32,332 bases of DNA from a virus. Lineage: Duplodnaviria; Caudoviricetes. The stretch lies in the IMG/VR virus record IMGVR_UViG_3300032305_001548, positions 1 to 32,332 of that record; one strand, written 5' to 3'. The notes below the pieces were generated by a model. It did not search any database, was not told the DNA's origin, and saw only the letters and a program-made list of their open reading frames with translations. Positions 8,124-17,244 of this stretch are shown here, in pieces. The position numbers and the translations under genes are program-made. The stretch's first letter is position 1, and each line of letters opens with the position of its first letter.

Positions 8124-9008
8124 ATGGCCGCAATCAATCTGACCATCAGCCTGGATGAGCTGCGCGAGTTTGTGCCGAAGTTCGTCAACGCCACCAAAAG
8201 GGAGGTGTCGCTTGAAATGCGCCGTCAGGGGCGGCTGCTAGTAGCTGGCGATAGTGGATTTGGTTTGATTTCTATTACCGCGCCACAGGGTGATGGCGAC
8301 AGCGCAAAGGCCATTGGTGATTTTGCCGTGGCCCGAGACATTGGCAAAGTGTTCGCCCAGCGCGGCACTATCGCGGCCATCCTCGGGCAAAACGGCAAGC
8401 GCGGCGACAAGACCGCCTTCAATCGTTATATCCGCAACGGCGAGCTGCAAAAAGCCAAAGACTTTGTAAACGGCCAAGCGCCCACGTCTGTTCAGGTCAA
8501 GGGCTACGTCCGCAACGGCAAAGCAGTTAAGGCCTACTCGCAGACAAGGCAGGCCAGCGTTTTTTCTGACCCTCGCCTTGGTCGCATTGAACACATTGCC
8601 GACGAACCAAGCGCAATGCTGCACCAAAGCCGCCGTGGTTCTAGGGGGAAAGTGGGGCGCTCGCAATGGGCGCAGATCGTTCTAAAGAAAACGGCCTACA
8701 ATCAATATGTGACCGACACCATTAAAAGAGTCGGCCTGCTCAAAGCCGGGTGGGCCAAGGCCGCAGACCAGGCCAATCTTGGGGTCAGCGTCCCGCGCTT
8801 TGTCCGAAACAATGTGGACCGCGCTATGGGCAAGGGCCGCGTCAGCGACGGCGACCCCTACAATATGTATGTTGAGTTGATCAACGAAAACCCAGTGGCC
8901 TCGACCAAGATCAACAAGGGCAGCATTCAGTTCCTTCTTAACCTCCGCAAAGAAAACATCCTGGCCGAATTTGAAAAACGGGTTGGCAAGGTGGCCAAAG
9001 CAGCATGA
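8124..9008 (+). CDS. Neck / tail completion protein (basic)
   Basis: Basic protein between head closure and tail terminator; 'RVGLLKAGW' motif. Confidence 0.5.
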   Translation: MAAINLTISLDELREFVPKFVNATKREVSLEMRRQGRLLVAGDSGFGLISITAPQGDGDSAKAIGDFAVARDIGKVFAQRGTIAAILGQNGKRGDKTAFNRYIRNGELQKAKDFVNGQAPTSVQVKGYVRNGKAVKAYSQTRQASVFSDPRLGRIEHIADEPSAMLHQSRRGSRGKVGRSQWAQIVLKKTAYNQYVTDTIKRVGLLKAGWAKAADQANLGVSVPRFVRNNVDRAMGKGRVSDGDPYNMYVELINENPVASTKINKGSIQFLLNLRKENILAEFEKRVGKVAKAA

Positions 9009-9886
9009 TCAACCGCGAAATCGAAGCCAGCTTTGCCGATTGGATCACCTCGGGCGTGAGCGGAACGTCTTTGGTCGGCGCGTCTATCCGCAGCGGCATC
9101 CCGTCCGAGTCGCTGTCTTACCCTGCCGTCATCGTCCAGGCTAACTCCAGCGAAGTCTTAGAAGGCGGGGCCAGACAGGGCTCTCGGATCAACGTGGACA
9201 TTAGTGTGGTCAGCTCCGCAAGCAACGAAAGCGGCTGGCAAACCGCGCACAAAAACAGGGTAGGGGCGCTGGCCAAACTAATGGACGATACCAACACCAA
9301 CCCAAGTCTTGCCTCGATCAACGCCGCGCAAAGCGATTACACCCTCTATGGCTGGGCGCTTTCCGAGTTGGCCAGCGAAACCTCGGCCAACCACCAAGCC
9401 GACAGCTTCCGCCTGGCTGCCGTGGCTGGCGACCGCATTGGGACCACGCCCACAGGGCCGACCAATGCCGACCCGCAGGACTTCAGCCTGCGCCATGAGG
9501 TTGAACAGATCCTAGCCGCGCACCTTATGGCCGAGCTGCCCGGTTCCGTAACTGACGATTATTCGGTCCAGCCCTACTACAACGAAGCCGCTGCCGCCGG
9601 CTCCCGCATCGTGGCTGCCTGCCTGTCAGCGTCCAAGCCTTTCCCGCAGTTGGCGCGCTACCAGGCGCAGGCCACCGTTCACGTCATCACCAATGGGGCC
9701 GATTCGACGGGCCACGTTGCCGCCGTGCGCCAAGTGCAAGACACGCTGCGCCTGCTCACAACGCAGGATTTTACCTCGGCCAACGTCACTGTGGCAGGGG
9801 TCATTGAGGGTTCGCACACCAACGATACGGACAGTAACCGCATTTCTGATGTGCTGGCCCTGAGTCTCTACGCGCAAGTAAACTAG
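9005..9886 (+). CDS. Tail terminator-like protein, internally duplicated
   Basis: YPAVIVQ; two ~140-aa halves starting INREIEASFADWI and LRHEVEQILAAHL; precedes tube gene. Confidence 0.5.
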   Translation: MINREIEASFADWITSGVSGTSLVGASIRSGIPSESLSYPAVIVQANSSEVLEGGARQGSRINVDISVVSSASNESGWQTAHKNRVGALAKLMDDTNTNPSLASINAAQSDYTLYGWALSELASETSANHQADSFRLAAVAGDRIGTTPTGPTNADPQDFSLRHEVEQILAAHLMAELPGSVTDDYSVQPYYNEAAAAGSRIVAACLSASKPFPQLARYQAQATVHVITNGADSTGHVAAVRQVQDTLRLLTTQDFTSANVTVAGVIEGSHTNDTDSNRISDVLALSLYAQVN

Positions 9887-9891
9887 GGAAG

Positions 9892-9897
9892 TTGACA
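9892..9897 (+). promoter_or_regulatory. TTGACA motif, 14 nt before ATG 9912
   Basis: Intergenic copy of the recurrent motif. Confidence 0.65.
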
Positions 9898-9911
9898 CCG
9901 CCCGCGAGGGC

Positions 9912-10472
9912 ATGGCTATCGTCTATGGCGTCTCTGGGGCTTTTTCTAAGTCCACCTCTAAAACCTTTGAGAAACTACTTGTCGCGGACAAGAACGGCGT
10001 TACTACGACGATCCTTTCCAAATACGTTCGCACCGAGACAACCACCGAAACGGTTGGCGCAACTTTCGGCGCAGGGGCCATTGGCTCGGATGACGTTCTT
10101 AACGCAACCATCACGGCCCAGGTGGACGAGCAACTTATCGAAAGCGGCACGGCCAGCACCGCGCCTCCCTCTATTCGTTTTTACAATCCACGCGCCGAGG
10201 CGTCTGCTCAGATCCTTGGCGAATTCACTGGGTCGAGCTTTAGCCTTGATGGCATCACTTTTACAACCTTGAGCGCCGAGAAGGCCGAAACGTCGGGCGA
10301 TGTGGTCAAGACCAACATTCGTGGCACGGCCATCAACACGGCCACGGTGGGCGGCTCAACCCTGACCACTGGAGACCATTCGACAACTTCAACCATTCGG
10401 GTTGAAAAGCGCCTCTCCAACACCGATTACAACCGCATCACCGTCACAACGGTTGCCTTTGCCGGATTCTAA
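9912..10472 (+). CDS. Probable major tail (tube) protein
   Basis: Thr-rich all-beta protein before chaperone and tape measure; has own motif. Confidence 0.55.
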   Translation: MAIVYGVSGAFSKSTSKTFEKLLVADKNGVTTTILSKYVRTETTTETVGATFGAGAIGSDDVLNATITAQVDEQLIESGTASTAPPSIRFYNPRAEASAQILGEFTGSSFSLDGITFTTLSAEKAETSGDVVKTNIRGTAINTATVGGSTLTTGDHSTTSTIRVEKRLSNTDYNRITVTTVAFAGF

Positions 10473-10484
10473 CCGCCAGCGGCT

Positions 10485-11084
10485 ATGGATAGCCTGGCCG
10501 CAGAAGCGTTTCTAAACGCAAGCCACAAGGTTTATGGCCTCGCCATGCGCCCACTGTCGCTGGGTCACGCCTTTGTCCTAGAAAGTCTCGGCAATCCCTT
10601 TTACCACGGACGCCTTGGCGCACCCGAGGAGCTGCGCGTGGCCGCGTGGATCTGCGCCAACCCGCCGCTTTCTGCGCTTCGCCTCGGCGGGGCGGGCAAC
10701 TTGTGGTGGCGCTACCGCACCCGCAATGCCGATTTTGAGCGCGAGGTGGCCCGCTGGAAGGTCTTTGTTGATGACTTCTGCACACCACCGCAGCTTTGGA
10801 CAAAAACCCCAAAGCCGGGCGAAAGCCGCGCCGAGCCGTCGCGCATCCCGCACCAAATTTCAACCGCCGTGCGCTTGATGCGCCTTGGCATGAGCGAGCG
10901 CGAGGCATGGCAAACTCCAGTGGGTGTAGCCTCTTGGTATGAGGCTGCCGGCTACGAAACCGAAAGCGGGTCACGCCTGGACATTGTGACCGACTCCGAG
11001 CGGGTCGCCATACTGCGGCAGAAGATCAGGGAGCAAGAGGCCGCAGCGTCTGACATGGAGGGTAAGGACGAAGGCAATGGCTGA
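10485..11084 (+). CDS. Probable tail assembly chaperone
   Basis: Between tube and tape measure; MRPLSLGH and LGMSEREAWQTP (gpT-like C-terminal pattern). Confidence 0.55.
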   Translation: MDSLAAEAFLNASHKVYGLAMRPLSLGHAFVLESLGNPFYHGRLGAPEELRVAAWICANPPLSALRLGGAGNLWWRYRTRNADFEREVARWKVFVDDFCTPPQLWTKTPKPGESRAEPSRIPHQISTAVRLMRLGMSEREAWQTPVGVASWYEAAGYETESGSRLDIVTDSERVAILRQKIREQEAAASDMEGKDEGNG

Positions 11085-12582
11085 AGTAAAAGTAAAAATT
11101 ACAGCTCAGAACGAGGTGCAGACGGGTCTGCAAGCCTCGCTGGCTGAAGTGCGCCAATTTGCTGGGCAAGCGCAGAAGGAGATGCAAGCGGCCATGCAGA
11201 TGCCCGCCCGGCAGCCTGCACAAGAGCGGGTCGCCCCGACCTTTAAAATAGACATTGGCGATTACGGAATGGAGCCGCTGCGCCAGATGCAGGAGGAGCT
11301 AAAGAAGGTTCGGCAATCAGCCCAAGAGGCGCTTGACCCATCAGTTCCGCAAGACTTCGCCGGGGGCATCGGTGGTGTAATTGGGCGATTTGCAATCCTC
11401 ATTGGGGTGGCAGCTACGGTTGGCAAGGTCATTGCTTCTGCTTTTGATACCTTGAGCAACACGGTTGTTGCTGCCACAAAAGTTCAAAACCAGTTTGCAG
11501 AGTCTTTGGCAGAAGCAGGAAGCCAAACCACCCTTAGTGGGGCCATTTCTTCATTTAAAAATTTGCAATCCCTCGCAGAGCAAACTGGCGAGACTATTGA
11601 TAAAAATCTCGGAAAGGGGGTTGGTGAGGCACTGGGAAATGCGGTTAGCGGCAGACCTTCGCAACTTTTTGCACGAATTGCCGACGCATTCACTGGATTG
11701 ACGGGGGGCGATACAGTTCAAAAGACGCTAGAAAAAAACCAAAAGGCCCAACAGGAGCAGTCGCTGCAAAGCCTAAAAGCATCTTTAGCCCTTCAGCGGT
11801 CACAGGCAGAGCAACTTGCTGGCGCTGGGGGAGATCCCGAAAGGGTTGATGCAGTCAAAAGAGCGCAAGAAGTTAAACAGCGCCGCCAAGATTTGGATTT
11901 TGCCTTAGAAGCCGGAAACGTTAGCTTTGCAGATTCAGCAGCACTAAAGGCCGAGCTTGATGCCGTTATTGCGGCAGAAGATGCGGCAGATGCTGCCCAA
12001 AAACGCTTAGAAGCCGAAAAAGAAATCACCCGCGAAAAAGAGCGCCAGCAAAAATTGGAGTCTGGCACACGCGAGGGCAACGTGATCGGCAAGCAGCTCG
12101 GGCCAGGCAGCTTTGAGGGCATGGAGGAGCTGAACCGCGAGCGGGAAAGCGTTCGCAAGGATGCCGAGCAGGCAGCTAAAGAGGCCGAGCGCACACAAAG
12201 AGAGGCAGACCGCAAAAAACAAAGGGCCGACCAGTTTAATCTTAACACCAAGCTGTTAGAGTCCCGCGCCTTGGGCGACGAAGCCGCTGAAGAATCAATC
12301 CTGCGAAAGCAAGACCTTGCAAAAGGACAGGAAGCAACGGGTTCTTTTGATGACGCGGCCCGCTTTGCCGCCGCCGCCGCCGCACTGCGCGACCAGCAAA
12401 ACCAAACCACCGCAGACGCCTTTGGCGCATCGAGCCTTCAGCGGGTAGGTGGCGCATCAACCGAGTTTTTCCGAACTGGCCCGCGTGATCCCATCGAACA
12501 ACAAAAGAAAACCAACAGCTTTTTAGCCGAGATCCTCAAGGAATTTAAGGACAAGGACACCTTGGTTTTGAAAAACAGTTAA
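11077..12582 (+). CDS. Tape measure protein (short, 501 aa)
   Basis: MAEVKVKITAQN start, Ala/Gln/Glu-rich helical coiled coil, hydrophobic segment, C-terminal ASSLQRVGG...QQKKTNSFL. Confidence 0.75.
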   Translation: MAEVKVKITAQNEVQTGLQASLAEVRQFAGQAQKEMQAAMQMPARQPAQERVAPTFKIDIGDYGMEPLRQMQEELKKVRQSAQEALDPSVPQDFAGGIGGVIGRFAILIGVAATVGKVIASAFDTLSNTVVAATKVQNQFAESLAEAGSQTTLSGAISSFKNLQSLAEQTGETIDKNLGKGVGEALGNAVSGRPSQLFARIADAFTGLTGGDTVQKTLEKNQKAQQEQSLQSLKASLALQRSQAEQLAGAGGDPERVDAVKRAQEVKQRRQDLDFALEAGNVSFADSAALKAELDAVIAAEDAADAAQKRLEAEKEITREKERQQKLESGTREGNVIGKQLGPGSFEGMEELNRERESVRKDAEQAAKEAERTQREADRKKQRADQFNLNTKLLESRALGDEAAEESILRKQDLAKGQEATGSFDDAARFAAAAAALRDQQNQTTADAFGASSLQRVGGASTEFFRTGPRDPIEQQKKTNSFLAEILKEFKDKDTLVLKNS

Positions 12583-12594
12583 CCGACTACTAAC

Positions 12595-13308
12595 ATGGCA
12601 CAAATTGAAACAACCGGGGGAGGCGTAAGCTATACCCCAGACGGCAAAAAAATTACTAGGCAAGTCTATGTGCTAACGGGCGGAACCACGTCAGTAACGC
12701 CAGACGCCGTAACCGGGGCCACGATCACGTCTGCCGACTTTGCAGACATCGAGGCTGGTAGCCGGCGTGTTACTGTAACGTGGACCGAGGGACTAAGCGC
12801 AGGCGGGGGAAGCAGCTCAACGCCGGGAGCGGGCAGCGCAGGCGGCGGGGCCACAGTTGAGTTGGCCGGCGGGGCAAGAGAAGTGCCAATTCAAGCGCAC
12901 AAGGTTTTTAAGGACGCAGTAACCAACGCACAGCTTCAAGAAATTACTGGAGCCATTTCGGAAAACCGCACTGTTGACCCAGCTATTGTTCCAACCGATA
13001 CCGATAACAAGGCTCGGGTTCTTTACAATATGTTGTTTCGCGGGCAGGAGTTCTACCTCACGCCAGCCATCACCTACCGCGAAACCACCTTGGATGTAGA
13101 CCTTCCAAGGCTCGATGACCTTTGCACGGTGAACGCTCCTAACAAAGCGCCATCCGTGGCCTCGGGGCAAAACTGGCTGCTGGTTTCCGTCAATGGTCGC
13201 TCAGTAGCCAACCCGAGCGGCGACATCACCTACGAAATCACACGCGAATGGATGCTCTCTGACCGAAAAGGATGGGACCCTGATGGCATCATTTACGACG
13301 GCAGCTAG
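12595..13308 (+). CDS. Tail tip / distal tail-like protein
   Basis: Follows tape measure; EVPIQAH, NWLLVS, YEITREW, GWDPDGIIY. Confidence 0.5.
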   Translation: MAQIETTGGGVSYTPDGKKITRQVYVLTGGTTSVTPDAVTGATITSADFADIEAGSRRVTVTWTEGLSAGGGSSSTPGAGSAGGGATVELAGGAREVPIQAHKVFKDAVTNAQLQEITGAISENRTVDPAIVPTDTDNKARVLYNMLFRGQEFYLTPAITYRETTLDVDLPRLDDLCTVNAPNKAPSVASGQNWLLVSVNGRSVANPSGDITYEITREWMLSDRKGWDPDGIIYDGS

Positions 13309-13311
13309 ACC

Positions 13312-13938
13312 ATGAAGGGAATTACGCCATTTTCACCAGGGCGGCCACTCTTGTCGGAAATCACCGCCGACAAGCTCAACGCTATTCTGGCTGAAATCAA
13401 ACGCAACCGGCCAGTAGTGGCTTATCCCCTAACGGCTCGGGTTGGGGGAGATGGGACTTTTATTTCTCTTGGCAAGCTGCCGCAGGCAAGCGGCACACCC
13501 GCCACCATCCAACCTTGGGACTTGCAGGCCCGCGTTGATCCCGACGCCGATCCCGAGGACACAACCCCTCCCTACCTTGTCCGTGTTCGCCCTGGCACAG
13601 CTAACGGCATCTTGCCTAGCAACTGGGACGAGGAGTTTGAATATCCCGGCACGGGCTTGTGGTATGCCAAGGCCGTGATTGCCACTGACGGCGAGGCCAT
13701 CACTGGCGTGACTATTGAGATCGATCAGACACCGCCCACAGTGCAGGAGCCGGTGGAGTTTGGCATTGCCACATCGGTCGAATATTTGTTTGGGCTGTTC
13801 TCCGAGGGCCAAGTTTATCGGGTGATTGGGGCGGGGCAAATTGTCCTGCCGACCCGCACCTGGCTAGTGACCAGCGCCGACCCCGTGGCGGCCCCGGGCG
13901 AGTCGCCCTACGACATCTATTATCTGCTCGGGCCATGA
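13312..13938 (+). CDS. Tail tip / baseplate protein
   Basis: ITADKLNAI N-terminus, beta-rich C-domain; tail module position. Confidence 0.45.
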   Translation: MKGITPFSPGRPLLSEITADKLNAILAEIKRNRPVVAYPLTARVGGDGTFISLGKLPQASGTPATIQPWDLQARVDPDADPEDTTPPYLVRVRPGTANGILPSNWDEEFEYPGTGLWYAKAVIATDGEAITGVTIEIDQTPPTVQEPVEFGIATSVEYLFGLFSEGQVYRVIGAGQIVLPTRTWLVTSADPVAAPGESPYDIYYLLGP

Positions 13939-15752
13939 TCGCCTGGACAATTCCACGGGCAAAAGTCCTGACCGGCTACACCCAGCAAACGGCCGGCGAT
14001 TCAAGCAGCATCTTAGACACAGATACTTATCAATTTAGCAACACCCTTACTGGGGGAGCCTCGCTGTCGAGAACCTACACTTTTGCTGGTTCATCCCATA
14101 CAAGCTATGGAGCGACTGGTTCAACTACTTACTTTTCCTCGTCCTCTAGCGCCTCAAGCACAGAGTCTAACTTGCTTAACGGATCTACTAACTCTAGCTC
14201 TGACAGTTTTTCCTCAAGCGGAAGCACGACATCATCTCTGTTTTCTTACGTTGCACAAACCAGCACTACCGAAACCTACGAATACACATTTGCGGTTAGT
14301 CTTACCACGGCCACCACTGGCTCGGGATGGTCTTATAGCGGCAGTAATTTTTTTACAATTTCAACAAGCACAACAGAAAACACGACAAGCGCGCAAACAG
14401 GGACTGTCACACTTGATGCCACAACCGAAAGCGGAACAGTTCTTTACGGAGGGCTGGCCGACACAATTCTGCAAGCGGCCACCTCCGAGGTCATTTGGTA
14501 TTACAGTTCAATCACCGAGTGGAGCGGAATAACTGCCGCCACCAGCCGCGCCACATCAACTACTCGGCTAACCATCTCGCCACTGGCAATCTTAACGGCA
14601 TTGCCAAAGGTGACTGCCAGCACTAGCCAAAGCTCAACTGGGGTGGCGGGCAACACGTCGCACAGCTACAGTTACGCAGACAGCACTTATCAGAGCCAAT
14701 ACACAAACACCACAGCAACTGCCACAGCAACAACCCTTGTGTTTTTGGGAGAGTTGCCAAACTACACAAGCGCGGGGACAACAACGGTCGCAACGACAAC
14801 TACGGCATCGTTTGTCGCAACACTTTTTTACAGTGACGAAAGCTCAGTTGGGGCAACAAATGGGTCAACTCGGGTGTTGAGCTTTGCCACCGTGTCAGAC
14901 GAAGCAACGCCTGGCACGTTTTACAGTGGATCTTTGCTGACCTGGGACGCACCACGCACAACCACAACGTCTTACTCACTCACAACCACCGCGCCGATTG
15001 CTTTGTGTGCCGCATCGCAAAGTTCAAACTCTACCTCTGTTACTACCAACGACACTTTTTCAGATACTGATGGTGGGGGGACTACATCCCGCAGGACTGT
15101 GAATACCGCAGGGGGAGCCTCAAGTGGAAAAACCATAAATCAAAACACCTATCTGCCGCAGCCGCCCATTTGCGGCACATCTATGCCCGGCTTTGTGAAT
15201 CAATCCAAATTTGTCCCAAGGGCAGCCAAGCTCGGAACGTCCAGCGGGTATTGGTTTGAGTTGGATGTCTCGGACACGATTGAAGACAAAACCTACGCCT
15301 ACCAAGGCCGCTCGTTTCTGACCACCCTGATGCCGACCACCGCATCAGCCGCAACCTACAACAGCGACAGCATCACCTTTACCAGGTCCACCCTAATCTC
15401 TGGACAGCCAGCCACGATCACGTCCAGTGCCGTTCTTCAAGTTGCAGGGAATTCAACCACAACAACTTTTGCCGCCGGGCCGATTGGCATTTGGGGCGGA
15501 TCACCGGCAGAGGGCGAAACCTTTGCCAACATTGCAGGATTAGACGGCGTCTACCGCAACCGAATCGGCGGCGAGACATCATCGTTTCAACGCGGGGCCA
15601 CTACGTTTTCTGACAGTCTGCCGCTTTCTTCCTTTTTTCCCATCAAGGGCTTTGGGCCACCCTTGGGCGCGGACGTTGAAACCCGTCCCTCATTTGGCTA
15701 CTGGACCGAGGCCCGCAACAGCACGGCACTGCCGCCGACCATGCCGCCTTGA
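13935..15752 (+). CDS. Ser/Thr-rich (mucin-like) putative virion protein
   Basis: 605 aa; about 46 S/T in first 100 residues, very few charged residues; ATGA-coupled to upstream tail gene. Confidence 0.7.
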   Translation: MIAWTIPRAKVLTGYTQQTAGDSSSILDTDTYQFSNTLTGGASLSRTYTFAGSSHTSYGATGSTTYFSSSSSASSTESNLLNGSTNSSSDSFSSSGSTTSSLFSYVAQTSTTETYEYTFAVSLTTATTGSGWSYSGSNFFTISTSTTENTTSAQTGTVTLDATTESGTVLYGGLADTILQAATSEVIWYYSSITEWSGITAATSRATSTTRLTISPLAILTALPKVTASTSQSSTGVAGNTSHSYSYADSTYQSQYTNTTATATATTLVFLGELPNYTSAGTTTVATTTTASFVATLFYSDESSVGATNGSTRVLSFATVSDEATPGTFYSGSLLTWDAPRTTTTSYSLTTTAPIALCAASQSSNSTSVTTNDTFSDTDGGGTTSRRTVNTAGGASSGKTINQNTYLPQPPICGTSMPGFVNQSKFVPRAAKLGTSSGYWFELDVSDTIEDKTYAYQGRSFLTTLMPTTASAATYNSDSITFTRSTLISGQPATITSSAVLQVAGNSTTTTFAAGPIGIWGGSPAEGETFANIAGLDGVYRNRIGGETSSFQRGATTFSDSLPLSSFFPIKGFGPPLGADVETRPSFGYWTEARNSTALPPTMPP

Positions 15753-15754
15753 CA
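15749..15754 (+). promoter_or_regulatory. TTGACA motif, 16 nt before GTG 15771
   Basis: Recurrent motif; contains upstream TGA stop. Confidence 0.65.
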
Positions 15755-15770
15755 CGCCGCCCGCCCGCGA

Positions 15771-16793
15771 GTGTTAGCCATCGCAACTTACGCAACTCGT
15801 TCGTATTTCCACGTCTGGCCCCAGTTCTTAAGGCGCATTGCCGCCGCCGCAGGCCACCACGCCGAAGCGCATTTTGTCCTGGCAACTGATCAGAGCGACG
15901 AGGCCAAGGCTGCCATTGAGGCCGCAAGGGTAGAGTTACCCGAGGGGTGGCGCATTCAAGCCATTGCCCTGCCAATGGAGGACGGCGGGGTAGAGGGCAA
16001 GAACTACCAGGTGGAAGCGCAAATGCGTATCGCTGCCTTGCAAGGCGCGGCCTTTGCCGCAGCCAGAAAGATCCGCGCCACGGCCCTGTGGTCTGTCGAG
16101 GCTGACAACCTTGTCCCGCCGGATGCCCTGCGGGTGGCCGAGTGGGCTTTGCAGATGCCGACTGAAGACGGGTCGCCTTACTATCATGTGGCGGCGGTCA
16201 CTTACCCCAACGGCCTCTTCCTTGGCGGCAACGGCACGCCGACAAACCCGATTGCCGAAGACTTTACCGAGAAGGAGCGCAAGCTGCCGCCACGCCTAGT
16301 CCGAGCTTTGGAGGCTTGCCGCGCCCGGCTGAAGGACTGCCAGGACAAAGCCATTGGCGAAAAGGAAGGCAAGCGCGTTGGGCGGCTGGCCGAGCGGGTA
16401 AAGAAATGCCCGCCAGACGGCAACGTGTTTGAAGTTAGTGGCAAACATGGCTGGAGGCGCAGGGGCTGGATGGACTTCGCCTACCCTGGCATTGGCCGTG
16501 GGGCCATTGTGCCGAGCGATTGGTGCGGCCTCGGCTGCACGCTCATGTCTGCTCGGGCGCTGGCACTGGCCACCTTTGAGGGCTATCAAGGGCAGGGGAC
16601 GCAAGACCTTTTCCTTTGCTGGCATCGGTGGCATCCCGCCCGGCTACGCATCGCGGCCATCCCGCACACTGCCGCCGACCACGTTAAGCGGGATGCGAAA
16701 GGCGAGATCGTCCACCACCGGGCGTATCACGAAACAGAAGGCGAATACCGGGGCCACCTTCGGCAACGTCAGCAGGCATGGATGCCATGTTAG
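15771..16793 (+). CDS. GT-A fold glycosyltransferase
   Basis: LWSVEADNLVPPDAL (ExD in the DxD position), SDWCGLGCTLMS, GTQDLFLCW, C-terminal ADH. Confidence 0.75.
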   Translation: MLAIATYATRSYFHVWPQFLRRIAAAAGHHAEAHFVLATDQSDEAKAAIEAARVELPEGWRIQAIALPMEDGGVEGKNYQVEAQMRIAALQGAAFAAARKIRATALWSVEADNLVPPDALRVAEWALQMPTEDGSPYYHVAAVTYPNGLFLGGNGTPTNPIAEDFTEKERKLPPRLVRALEACRARLKDCQDKAIGEKEGKRVGRLAERVKKCPPDGNVFEVSGKHGWRRRGWMDFAYPGIGRGAIVPSDWCGLGCTLMSARALALATFEGYQGQGTQDLFLCWHRWHPARLRIAAIPHTAADHVKRDAKGEIVHHRAYHETEGEYRGHLRQRQQAWMPC

Positions 16794-17215
16794 CCCAGAT
16801 CCGCGCACTCACCGCTCACATCGATGAGCGTGGACGCCTGACCGAGATCCACCGCGCATCGGATGACGCGCATGGCTTCGGGCAAGCCTACATCACCACG
16901 GCCTCGGCGGGCGTAGTCAAAGCCTGGCATCGCCACCGCGTCCAAGTAGATCGTTGGTATTGCGTGGCCGGCGCGGCCAAGGTCGGGATTTGGGACGCTG
17001 AAGCCATGCGGGGCGAAACCATCATCCTTGCCGCCGACCATCCGCAGCTTTTGGTGATCCCGGCTGGCTTGTTCCACGGGTTCACGCCGTGCCACGGCCA
17101 CCGCGAAGCATCCATTCTCAACTTGCCAAGTCACGAATACGACCCTGCCGATCCAGACGAAGACCGTCGGGGGCCGTTTGCCTTCCCATTTCAATGGGAC
17201 GTTCAGTCTCGCTGA
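16787..17215 (+). CDS. rmlC: dTDP-4-dehydrorhamnose 3,5-epimerase-like cupin
   Basis: DERGRLTEI, GQAYIT, GVVKAWHRH, LLVIPAGLFHGF, YDPADPDE; alternative start 16778. Confidence 0.8.
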   Translation: MLAQIRALTAHIDERGRLTEIHRASDDAHGFGQAYITTASAGVVKAWHRHRVQVDRWYCVAGAAKVGIWDAEAMRGETIILAADHPQLLVIPAGLFHGFTPCHGHREASILNLPSHEYDPADPDEDRRGPFAFPFQWDVQSR

Positions 17216-17219
17216 CCCT

Positions 17220-17225
17220 TTGACA
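17220..17225 (+). promoter_or_regulatory. TTGACA motif, 19 nt before ATG 17245
   Basis: Intergenic copy, longer spacer. Confidence 0.5.
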
Positions 17226-17244
17226 CAGAGCCGAGGGCAAGGCC

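Noticed and set aside
10485-11084. Programmed G/GT frameshift in the tail chaperone
   Set aside because: A single ORF fills the space to the tape measure gene; no convincing slippery site with a second ORF
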